Source of the DNA: a virus
Taxonomy: Duplodnaviria > Heunggongvirae > Uroviricota > Caudoviricetes
IMG/VR virus record: IMGVR_UViG_3300029288_000054
Location: 32,001-96,000 of that record
Direction: 5' to 3' (one strand)
Length of the DNA: 64,000 nucleotides
The notes beneath the pieces are model-generated. The model saw only the letters and a list, made by a program, of their open reading frames with translations, made no database searches and was not told the DNA's origin. The position numbers were made by a program, and so were the translations under genes. Shown here piece by piece: positions 47,486 through 55,501 of the stretch. Positions within the stretch are counted from its first letter, which is position 1; every line of letters starts with the position of its first letter.

Positions 47486-47607
47486 TCGACAAAAGTGATC
47501 TTGCAAGCGGAGGCATGTTGTGTTTTAATATGCATTACAAGATCCGCCACTGGCTGCATCGACGACTTTCGTCGGTCTGGCTGCTCTTTCATTCATGGAG
47601 GGACCTG

Positions 47608-48123
47608 ATGAAGAAGGAGATGCAACGAGAGCCTGCTCAAAGTAATTGCAAAACCTATAAAAATCTCATCCAATCAATTCCTGCTAGCATCCGCTTTGTT
47701 TCCGGTCGCGATTTCCGACAAATTACAACAATAGAACGCGACAGCTTCAAATATCCCTGGACTACTAAAGATCTTCATTCTAAGCTGTGCGAAGATCACG
47801 TCGTTTGCTACGTCGTCGAGCATAATGGATTTATTGTGGCGTATGCCATAATTCAATATTACAAAGACCACATTGAATTATGTAATCTGGCTGTCGATAG
47901 TCATTATCGCCGACGCAAAATAGCTTCTCTCATTATCAATATGCTCAAGATCAAGGCGTATCTTGAGGCTAAGGAATATATCTCGGCGTACGTAAGCGAA
48001 TATAATCTAGAGGCCCAGCTATTCCTCGGTAATAAAGATAATGGATTTGTCGCCAAGGAGGTGTTACGAGATTTTTATTCTGATGGGCATAGCGCATATT
48101 ATATGGAATTTAGCCTTGTTTAG
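47608..48123 (+). CDS. RimI-like GNAT acetyltransferase
   Basis: IERDSFKYPWT, NLAVDSHYRRRKIAS, YNLEAQLFL..GF, FYSDGHSAYYM. GGAGG before 47608. Confidence 0.85.
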   Translation: MKKEMQREPAQSNCKTYKNLIQSIPASIRFVSGRDFRQITTIERDSFKYPWTTKDLHSKLCEDHVVCYVVEHNGFIVAYAIIQYYKDHIELCNLAVDSHYRRRKIASLIINMLKIKAYLEAKEYISAYVSEYNLEAQLFLGNKDNGFVAKEVLRDFYSDGHSAYYMEFSLV

Positions 48124-48175
48124 ACAAATATAAAATTGTCCGGTGAGTGTCCATTTAACATAAGGAATCTGACCT

Positions 48176-48391
48176 ATGCCAGCCGTTAGCAAAGCGCAGC
48201 AAAATTTCATGGGTATGGTCCACAAGCATAAGGAAGAGGGCGGAAAGGCATCGCCAGCAGTCAAGAAAGCCGCCAAGAGCATGACGGACAAAGCGGCCAA
48301 GGACTTTGCTTCGACGAAAACGAAGGGCCTTCCGAAGCACGTCAAGAAAGAGTCCTTTGACCAGAAGCTGACAACCGCCCTATTTAGCTAA
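48176..48391 (+). CDS. DUF3008-like small basic protein
   Basis: MPAVSKAQQ..SM..DFASTKTKGLP. Confidence 0.75.
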   Translation: MPAVSKAQQNFMGMVHKHKEEGGKASPAVKKAAKSMTDKAAKDFASTKTKGLPKHVKKESFDQKLTTALFS

Positions 48392-48393
48392 TC

Positions 48394-49014
48394 ATGGCGG
48401 AAGATTATTGTCAGATAGTACGTGACGAATTTCAATTGCTTGACAAGCGTAATCCGGACCAGTTGAGCAATTTCTTTATCCGCTATAGATTCTTCAGCAC
48501 AGACGACCTTGCGCAGGTTTTGTCTGTAAGTGGCAGATATATCAGAAAGATGAAGAATAGAACTGATATTAAGCGTACTACCTATAAACGTCAGATTACC
48601 AAGACTATCAAGACACTACCTGATATTAAGCTAGAACCCGGTTGGGATTGTGCTGAATGGTGGCGGCATTATTATCGGATATATGGCGTTCGGATGCTAT
48701 CAAAAATCACTCACTTTAGCATACCGACCGTATGGCGGAAGTTGCATAAGCATAACATCCCTATACATCCAAAAGGAAAAAGGCTTTCTGCTAATCCGTG
48801 TTGTAATTATGAATGGCTGAATGAGCATTATGTCGAAAAGCATTGGACCATTCCGAATTGTGCAAAAGCCGCTGGTGTATCAAACGACAGCATCACGACT
48901 TGGCTAAATCGCTTCAAAATCCAGGTAAGAACGAGAAATGCACCGAAGGTGGGCTTACCCTGGGATAGTACCGCTGTGGGTGAAACTCCTTGCGTCACAG
49001 TTGGATCAGAGTGA
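48394..49014 (+). CDS. Multi-HTH DNA-binding protein
   Basis: TDDLAQVLSVSGRYI; WLNEHY..TIPNCAKAAGVSNDSITTWLNRFKI. Confidence 0.6.
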   Translation: MAEDYCQIVRDEFQLLDKRNPDQLSNFFIRYRFFSTDDLAQVLSVSGRYIRKMKNRTDIKRTTYKRQITKTIKTLPDIKLEPGWDCAEWWRHYYRIYGVRMLSKITHFSIPTVWRKLHKHNIPIHPKGKRLSANPCCNYEWLNEHYVEKHWTIPNCAKAAGVSNDSITTWLNRFKIQVRTRNAPKVGLPWDSTAVGETPCVTVGSE

Positions 49015-50029
49015 CATAGTTAAGATTGTATATGTAGAACAAACTCTTGTTCAAGCTGTCTACAAGACAGGTATACGCGAGACCTATAATTTCAAGATAA
49101 AGAGACGTAAGAAAAAGAGACCAGACAATCATTACAACGTCTCACCAAGGTCAGCGGCGATACGGCATGAGATTCCAATATTTAAGGAATTCCGCCATGA
49201 TCCGTTAGATGATTCACCCACTTATCATTGGTGTATCAACCGCAATCACTTCAATGAATCGACGCTGTTGGAACGACGCATAGCGTTCCACCATTTGCTG
49301 CGTGAGATACTAAATACGAAGCCTGACCCAGACTGGTATCCTGATGAGATTCTAGAAGAAGATTGGAAACGCATCTTAGAATATCCGTCTGAGAAGTATA
49401 TGCGAAACGGTGCGTTGACGTGTTTTCCATACGGCAGATCCCCGCACTTCCATTTCAGAATACTTGAACATTTCTTCAATCCTGGCGGGAATCATCTTAG
49501 CCGTACGCTATGTTTGGCATTAAGGCTCGTCTGCCGCAGGAAGAAATTACATATAAATTCATCAAATGTTCGGAAGGTCGCTAGATGGTATAGCAGACGA
49601 AGAATAATAAGTCCTCTTCTATATTGTGCCTTATTTAAGGCGCTGAAAATCACTGGGCCTGTCGGCGACTTGCATCCCGGTCACGGTGCAAAAGCTCTTG
49701 CTTGTGCTATAATGGGGTTGCCATATTATACGGTGAGAGATGAGCGATTCCAGAAAGCACTTGATTTAGGGTTATCTAGTTTAACACGAGCTGATTTCGG
49801 TTGGCTAGAAGGCCAACAGGTTGATCTTCTTATATCTGACGACAATTTCAACAGTTTTCAGATGCCGACAGGCGACATATTAAACCAAGCTCGTAAGATG
49901 CTTTGTTATGTCCCGAAGGATGAGAGACGAGCATTAGTAGAGCAGTATAATCCTAGCACCACTTTACAACTATTCAACGATTCACAAGATAAGATGCTTC
50001 GAAATCCTAATTATCTGTTCTTGTGGTAG
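48938..50029 (+). CDS. Hypothetical protein with a degenerate SAM-methyltransferase-like C-terminus
   Basis: SPLLYCALF..VGDLHPGHGAKALA resembles phage MTase FxP..VLDPxxGxGGRL. VDLLISD appears where DLxFTSPPY is expected. Confidence 0.45.
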   Translation: MHRRWAYPGIVPLWVKLLASQLDQSDIVKIVYVEQTLVQAVYKTGIRETYNFKIKRRKKKRPDNHYNVSPRSAAIRHEIPIFKEFRHDPLDDSPTYHWCINRNHFNESTLLERRIAFHHLLREILNTKPDPDWYPDEILEEDWKRILEYPSEKYMRNGALTCFPYGRSPHFHFRILEHFFNPGGNHLSRTLCLALRLVCRRKKLHINSSNVRKVARWYSRRRIISPLLYCALFKALKITGPVGDLHPGHGAKALACAIMGLPYYTVRDERFQKALDLGLSSLTRADFGWLEGQQVDLLISDDNFNSFQMPTGDILNQARKMLCYVPKDERRALVEQYNPSTTLQLFNDSQDKMLRNPNYLFLW

Positions 50030-50037
50030 GTACCAGT

Positions 50038-50310
50038 ATGAAGATATTAACTCTACACATGACTTATTTCAGGCTTCCAGACGATTTTTCTGGTAGTATA
50101 TCAGATGCACTCAGAGCCATGGCGGACTACCGCGATAGTGTAGCTAGCACTTCGAAGCACAAACCAATGTTACCGCTACATACTCCATTATCTGAAGCGT
50201 TTGGTCTGATGTTTGATGAATTCATCGATGAGACACAGAATGGCAAGCGATTGGTTGGCATGATCCAACTCAATGACTTCGATCCGAAGGTGAAAGTTGC
50301 AGACCTGTAA
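50038..50310 (+). CDS. Hypothetical protein
   Basis: MKILTLHMTYFRLPDDF... Confidence 0.6.
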   Translation: MKILTLHMTYFRLPDDFSGSISDALRAMADYRDSVASTSKHKPMLPLHTPLSEAFGLMFDEFIDETQNGKRLVGMIQLNDFDPKVKVADL

Positions 50311-50388
50311 TTCTACAAAAATACTTTATACAGTCGCCCCGGCTGGTGAGGCCGTTTGAATGTATAATTATCGCAAGAGTGAGTCACT

Positions 50389-53300
50389 ATGATACCAGCC
50401 ACAGGATCAATATTTTTCCGAGATGACTATGGCACGTTGTATTGGACTGAGTGGGAGACACTAAATGTAGACGGCATCAACATAGTGGATTATACCACTA
50501 TTACGAAGATGCCGTACGTTTGGGGCGATATGCGAACCTACGATATTAGGTTCGTCGTCAACAATTCTTCGGCCACCGTTCGTGTGCAGGCTCCGAATGC
50601 TGATGCAGCCGAACAGATCATCTATGCCAGATATTATTGTTTCCAGGTCGTAATAATGTCGGTCACTGAAGTCGATATGGGAATCGACTACGGTAGGATC
50701 GATATGGACACGAAAAATGTCTATCGACGCGGTATCTGTACGGTAGAACGGCAAATTATCGAACCAAGTGCACTTGGATATATCGGATACATAATCGCTG
50801 AGAACAATTCGCAATCTAAGTGCTATTTCAAGACAAGTTTTAATTGCAGTATCGCGCCGACAGATCGGTTCAGATATCACATGGACAACGCTGTATCTGG
50901 CAATGAATCTTCGCCAGTCTTAGTTGGTCCGAGATTTACATGTCCAGGTGATTCCGATTTTGCATGCGTTTTCCAATGGGTGCTGCCTGATGGTAGCCTG
51001 CGGCCAGTTTGTGATAAAGAATCATTCTGGTTTGTTGATGTGTGGGGTCCAGACACTCTAATTTTATTGTCGCCAGCACCGTGCTTATCGCCATCGCTTT
51101 CACCATCGATGTCGCCCTCGCTTAGTCCGTCGCTATCGCTATCACCATCTGCTAGCTTGTCGTTATCGTTGAGTCCGTCATTGTCGAGATCTTTAAGCCC
51201 ATCGGTTTCGAGGTCTCCAAGTCCATCACTCTCGCTGTCACCATCAACTTCTAGATCACCGTCGTTATCAATTTCGCCATCTCTATCAGTATCGCTTTCG
51301 CCATCAACCTCTAGATCGTTATCACCTTCAGCGTCAGTATCCGCATGGCGGTCCTTCTCAGTGTCGCCATCAATGCTGTCGCCGTCGCTTTCGCCGTCGC
51401 CTTCACTCAGTAGGTCACCATCTGTAAGTTTGTCACCTTCAACCTCGTTATCTGTTTCGCCCTCGCCATCGGTATCACCATCGATCAGCTTATCGCCATC
51501 AGCTTCTAAGTCGTTGTCGCCTTCGATATCCATATCTCCATCAACAAGTATATCATTTTCACCATCAACTTCATTATCGCCATCTACTAGTATATCGCAG
51601 TCACCCAGTACGTCGTTTTCACCATCTCCGTCGTTATCACCGTCTAGAAGTGTTTCACCGTCGCCATCTACATCGACATCACCGGAGCCGTCCCCAGATC
51701 CAACATCGCATGACTATGAAGACCCGCGTGTCGCATCTTCAAATGATGGAAGATTTGCAATCACTTGGATGGATATGACAAGCTCGTCAAATCCGATAGT
51801 TATGGCACAAGCTTTTAGTGCTGCCGGAACGCCAGTCTCAGTGCAGTTTGTTGTCCCGAGTTATGGTAATCCATTAAGTAAGAATCCTGCTATTGTTATG
51901 GCCGATGACGGCTCATTCTTTGTAGTAGTTTGGGTCGGTCCTGATAACGACTTCACGGGATGGAATGTTTGCGGTCGCATGTATACTGCTAATGGTATTC
52001 CGATGGGCGACCAGTTCCGTATTAGTGCTTTAGCGGATGCCGCGTGTTATACGCCATCTGTTGGTATTCGGCGTTATACTAGAGACTTTGTTGTTGTATG
52101 GTCCGAATACTACAACATCAGCACAAATAACCCAGGTGTGCGCGTTTACGGGCAGCGTTTTAATTCTAGTGCCACAAAACAAGGTGGACAGTTCCAAATC
52201 TCACCGAACACCGGTGCCGACAGCAGCTATGGTTGGTTCCATAAATACCATCCAGATGTCGATGTTGCCGATAATGGCGATTTTGTCGTTGTTTGGGATG
52301 ACGATTGGCGATCTGGCCAGAGCACGTTCTTGATTTATGGTATTCGCTTCAACGCTTCTGGTAGTCAGCTTGGGAATGAGTTCCAAATCTGCCAAAATCC
52401 GTCTATGATGGACAGCGATGACTATATGATGCCGAGAGTGTCGGTTGCTGCTGATGGAAGGTTTGTAGTCGCATGGCATAAATATCAGGACGCTAGTGGA
52501 TTCGGTGTTTATGCTCGATGTTTTAATGCTGGTGGTGGTGCAACGACAAATGAATTCATAGTAAACCAACATCAAACAAGCTATCAGTATTATCCGGATG
52601 TTGGATGCGATAGAGCTGGTAACTTTACAATCGCATGGCATAGCTACAATAATCCCGATGATCCCATTACGACAGATTATGGTATTATTGCACGTCAGTT
52701 TAATGCTGCTGGCGGTGCGACGACAGATGAATATTGTGTTAACAACCCATATCTATCACATCGCGGCATTGGACATCAATATAACCCTGCTGTCGACCGC
52801 AAGTGCGGTAGTGGCCGATGGGTCACAGCTTGGTGGGGCTATCGAGGTGGAGCACCCTCTGGTGGCATATTAGGAATATGGCATGCGGAGAATGCAGGCA
52901 ACCCATTACCAGCAGTCACATGGGCATTGTCGGCTCCTACCTCAGGCACATACGGACAGGGTACATTAATCACTGGCGATTGGACTGGTAAGCACTGGAA
53001 GTCTGCTGGTTTTTATGAACCTACTACGTCCAGCTTCTTTTTAAGAAATTCGAATACATCAGGTAGAGCCGATATAGGTCTCAGTTATGGTCCTGGCAAT
53101 TGGAAACCGATAGCTGGCGATTGGACGAATAAGGGCTATGATAGCATCGGCTTGTATAATCCTGCAAATGCTACGTTTTATCTAAGAAATTCGAACACAA
53201 GCGGTGTTGCTGATACTTCGTTCGGATATGGTGGTGCTGGAAATAACTGGACGCCGATAGCTGGTGATTGGACAAATAAAGGTTACGACAGCATCGGCTT

Positions 53301-53940
53301 GTATAATCCTGCAACTTCAACTTGGTATCTGCGAAATTCGAACACGGGCGGCGTAGCCGATATCACGTTCATTTTTGGTACACCTAATGTTGGCTGGCTA
53401 CCGATCATAGGAGATTGGAACGGCGATGGTGTCGATACAGTCGGCTTATACGATCCAGCGACATCAACGTTTCACTTGCGGAATTCGAATTCTGCTGGTG
53501 GTGACGACATAACGTTTGTGTTCGGTACGCCGAGTTCTTGGAAGCCTGTTGCTGGTGACTGGAATGAGAAGGGCTACGATAGCGTCGGCTTATATGATTA
53601 TTCTACTGCGACATTCCACTTACGGAATTCAAACTCCGCTGGTAGCGACGACATAAGTTATCTTTACAGATGTGCAATACGAATTGCCTGGGACGGGTAC
53701 GGCATGCAGAATGGTTATACTGTATGCTTGGGAGTTGCACCGGGCACAGACTTCACCAATGTCAGATGGGTTTCAATTGGTGCTATCCCTGCAATTAATG
53801 GTGGAGATATGTGGTATTGGGATAGGTGTGATACTAATGGTACGCCTATCCCGGCGGGGACCTGGTATGTTTGTGGATATGTATGGGACGGGGCCAACCC
53901 GCATTATAACCACGCTAGCACGTCGTTCGTTATCAGCTAA
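50389..53940 (+). CDS. Mosaic adhesin-like virion protein: N-domain, ~210-aa Ser/Pro stalk, DGxFVVxW repeat propeller, GDW (FG-GAP-like) repeats, Ig-like C-terminus
   Basis: SPS repeats at 51070-51700. DGSFFVVVW / NGDFVVVW / DGRFVVAW. Five (P)xxGDWxxxGxDxxGLY..FxLRNSN repeats. Confidence 0.75.
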   Translation: MIPATGSIFFRDDYGTLYWTEWETLNVDGINIVDYTTITKMPYVWGDMRTYDIRFVVNNSSATVRVQAPNADAAEQIIYARYYCFQVVIMSVTEVDMGIDYGRIDMDTKNVYRRGICTVERQIIEPSALGYIGYIIAENNSQSKCYFKTSFNCSIAPTDRFRYHMDNAVSGNESSPVLVGPRFTCPGDSDFACVFQWVLPDGSLRPVCDKESFWFVDVWGPDTLILLSPAPCLSPSLSPSMSPSLSPSLSLSPSASLSLSLSPSLSRSLSPSVSRSPSPSLSLSPSTSRSPSLSISPSLSVSLSPSTSRSLSPSASVSAWRSFSVSPSMLSPSLSPSPSLSRSPSVSLSPSTSLSVSPSPSVSPSISLSPSASKSLSPSISISPSTSISFSPSTSLSPSTSISQSPSTSFSPSPSLSPSRSVSPSPSTSTSPEPSPDPTSHDYEDPRVASSNDGRFAITWMDMTSSSNPIVMAQAFSAAGTPVSVQFVVPSYGNPLSKNPAIVMADDGSFFVVVWVGPDNDFTGWNVCGRMYTANGIPMGDQFRISALADAACYTPSVGIRRYTRDFVVVWSEYYNISTNNPGVRVYGQRFNSSATKQGGQFQISPNTGADSSYGWFHKYHPDVDVADNGDFVVVWDDDWRSGQSTFLIYGIRFNASGSQLGNEFQICQNPSMMDSDDYMMPRVSVAADGRFVVAWHKYQDASGFGVYARCFNAGGGATTNEFIVNQHQTSYQYYPDVGCDRAGNFTIAWHSYNNPDDPITTDYGIIARQFNAAGGATTDEYCVNNPYLSHRGIGHQYNPAVDRKCGSGRWVTAWWGYRGGAPSGGILGIWHAENAGNPLPAVTWALSAPTSGTYGQGTLITGDWTGKHWKSAGFYEPTTSSFFLRNSNTSGRADIGLSYGPGNWKPIAGDWTNKGYDSIGLYNPANATFYLRNSNTSGVADTSFGYGGAGNNWTPIAGDWTNKGYDSIGLYNPATSTWYLRNSNTGGVADITFIFGTPNVGWLPIIGDWNGDGVDTVGLYDPATSTFHLRNSNSAGGDDITFVFGTPSSWKPVAGDWNEKGYDSVGLYDYSTATFHLRNSNSAGSDDISYLYRCAIRIAWDGYGMQNGYTVCLGVAPGTDFTNVRWVSIGAIPAINGGDMWYWDRCDTNGTPIPAGTWYVCGYVWDGANPHYNHASTSFVIS
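51070..51700 (+). repeat. Coding Ser/Pro low-complexity repeat (SPSLS)n
   Basis: The protein repeat uses mixed synonymous codons. Confidence 0.9.
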
Positions 53941-54197
53941 AGTACTCGCACTCCGCGATGTAGAATCATCACAAAGGTGGCTGGCTTATCGACAGCTATC
54001 GGTTTTTGCCACTCTTGAACTGTGATGTTCGCTTTCGGGTTGATATTAACCTGAAATCTGAAGGCTTCCTTCATCTGCTCGACGGTGCCTCTCTTGACTT
54101 CTTCACCATTGATGAGTAGCCGCGCTCGTTGTGATTCATCGGGATTCACATAATGGGCTTTCGCTAAGAACTCATTAGCCGTTAGAGCGTCGGCCAA
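53937..54197 (-). CDS. Hypothetical protein (start uncertain; frame is open to ~54335)
   Basis: TTG start in track. A further ~46 sense codons lie upstream with no ATG/GTG/TTG. Confidence 0.5.
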   Translation of the reverse strand: MADALTANEFLAKAHYVNPDESQRARLLINGEEVKRGTVEQMKEAFRFQVNINPKANITVQEWQKPIAVDKPATFVMILHRGVRVL

Positions 54198-54412
54198 GAC
54201 TTTCTCTACTAGCTTACCTTCGCTCTCCGAAGCGATTGGAATGACGAGGTTTATCGGGAACTGAGGAATTACTGTTGCGATGATGTCACCTCGTTTGTGT
54301 TGTGCGATTACATTTTTAGATACGACTACTACAGGCTAGGAATAAAATACGCATCTACGTATTTTAAAAGGTTCACGTAGAATATAACCATCTCCCTAAT
54401 TGGAGTTCAAAC

Positions 54413-54814
54413 ATGGACAAATGCAAGTGCAGCTGTGCTGTTCCGCCAGCGGTGAAGGATGAAGAGCAGAAGATTGAAGTGCCGCAGGTTTCTCCGGAGG
54501 TGCTGGCTCGGTCGAAGGAAGTCGACGACATGAGCACGCCGATCAGAACCATTATGTATGTCGAAGTCGGCAATCTCCCGCCAAACGAAGTCCGTGATAT
54601 CGTTGCTTCTTTGACGGCGACTCTCCACCCCGGCCATCCACACTTCGTCGTGCCGCTTCGCAACGGCAAGATGAACACAGACCTCGACTTCGAGGCTGAA
54701 GTCCTAGAGTTTGTCAACGCGATCTGCGAAATCACCGATGATGGTGGCAGCGGTGCGAAGATCGTATTGAAGGACGGCTGCCACAACGTTGATGTGATCA
54801 GAGTCAGGATCTGA
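54413..54814 (+). CDS. Small protein carrying a T4 gp20 portal-like motif
   Basis: GGAG ribosome-binding site. RTIMYVEVGNLPP compares with portal RIFYIDVGNLP. Confidence 0.6.
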   Translation: MDKCKCSCAVPPAVKDEEQKIEVPQVSPEVLARSKEVDDMSTPIRTIMYVEVGNLPPNEVRDIVASLTATLHPGHPHFVVPLRNGKMNTDLDFEAEVLEFVNAICEITDDGGSGAKIVLKDGCHNVDVIRVRI

Positions 54815-54816
54815 CG

Positions 54817-54990
54817 ATGATCGAGGCGTCGGTATCGATTGAAGACCTGAAAAGCCTTAAATCGATACATAATATCGATGCCGCGAAGGTCTTAGCTAGT
54901 ACGATAGTCGACGAGATAGCTTGCGCATTAAAAGAGCCGGGTCAGCAATCCACTAACCCGGCTCTGTTTATCTTGTACTTGCGCGACTAG
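54817..54990 (+). CDS. 57-aa ORF (below track cutoff) with a gp23 major-capsid-like motif
   Basis: MIEASVSIEDLKSLKSIHNIDAAKVLASTIVDEIACAL..., starting 2 nt after the upstream stop. Confidence 0.45.
   Translation: MIEASVSIEDLKSLKSIHNIDAAKVLASTIVDEIACALKEPGQQSTNPALFILYLRD
54933..54965. terminator. Rho-independent terminator-like hairpin, probably bidirectional
   Basis: AGAGCCGGGT / ACCCGGCTCT flanked by A and T runs, between convergent genes. Confidence 0.7.
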
Positions 54991-55466
54991 ACGCCTGGTT
55001 CGAACGTGCAGGCGAGAACGGCTTTGTCGATCATCGCGGTCAGAGCCGTCAGCATCGTCTCGATGTTGGTCGGCAATGTCGCCAATGGTGTCGTTGTGGA
55101 ATGGTTGACGATGGCACCGTTCTCGTAAGTCACCGAGATTGGCACTGTCGTGTTGTCGTCCAATGTGAATGTCAGATTCAGGTGAATCACGACATCGTTG
55201 ATGATTCTCGCGTCAGCGGGCGGCGTACTCATCCAGGAGAATCCTTCTGACAGCCCGACGCCTGCGATGAGGTTGGCTAACGGGTAGTACCATGCCAGAT
55301 TGTACATCTCGCCGGTAGCAATCTTGCTGCCGTCCTCATCAACGCTCCAGAGTAGATCGTTGACTAGATCGCGGGACTCAATCTGGCAATGGAAGTTGCC
55401 AACGTCGTTGTTGGAGTAAGCAATTACTCCAGAAAGAAAGCCAACTACACTATTAGCCGCTGCCAT
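54987..55466 (-). CDS. Hypothetical, probably virion protein
   Basis: Start reassigned to MAAANS (GGAGG ribosome-binding site). CAAATTTAT upstream. Confidence 0.7.
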   Translation of the reverse strand: MAAANSVVGFLSGVIAYSNNDVGNFHCQIESRDLVNDLLWSVDEDGSKIATGEMYNLAWYYPLANLIAGVGLSEGFSWMSTPPADARIINDVVIHLNLTFTLDDNTTVPISVTYENGAIVNHSTTTPLATLPTNIETMLTALTAMIDKAVLACTFEPGV

Positions 55467-55501
55467 ATGATGTTCCTCCAATACTATAAATTTGCCTGTG
55501 C

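Noticed and set aside
23715-47607. Longer tracked starts (24995, 29347, 35505, 36530, 46244, 47464)
   Set aside because: They overlap upstream genes. Paralogue N-termini, TAATG coupling and ribosome-binding sites support the shorter starts used.
50877-51533. 218-aa Asp/Gly-rich minus-strand ORF (and 56373-56771 on +)
   Set aside because: These are antisense shadows of Ser/Pro codon tracts.
51070-51700. CRISPR array or DNA satellite
   Set aside because: The repeat is at protein level (Ser/Pro) with mixed codons, and there is no constant repeat/unique spacer structure.
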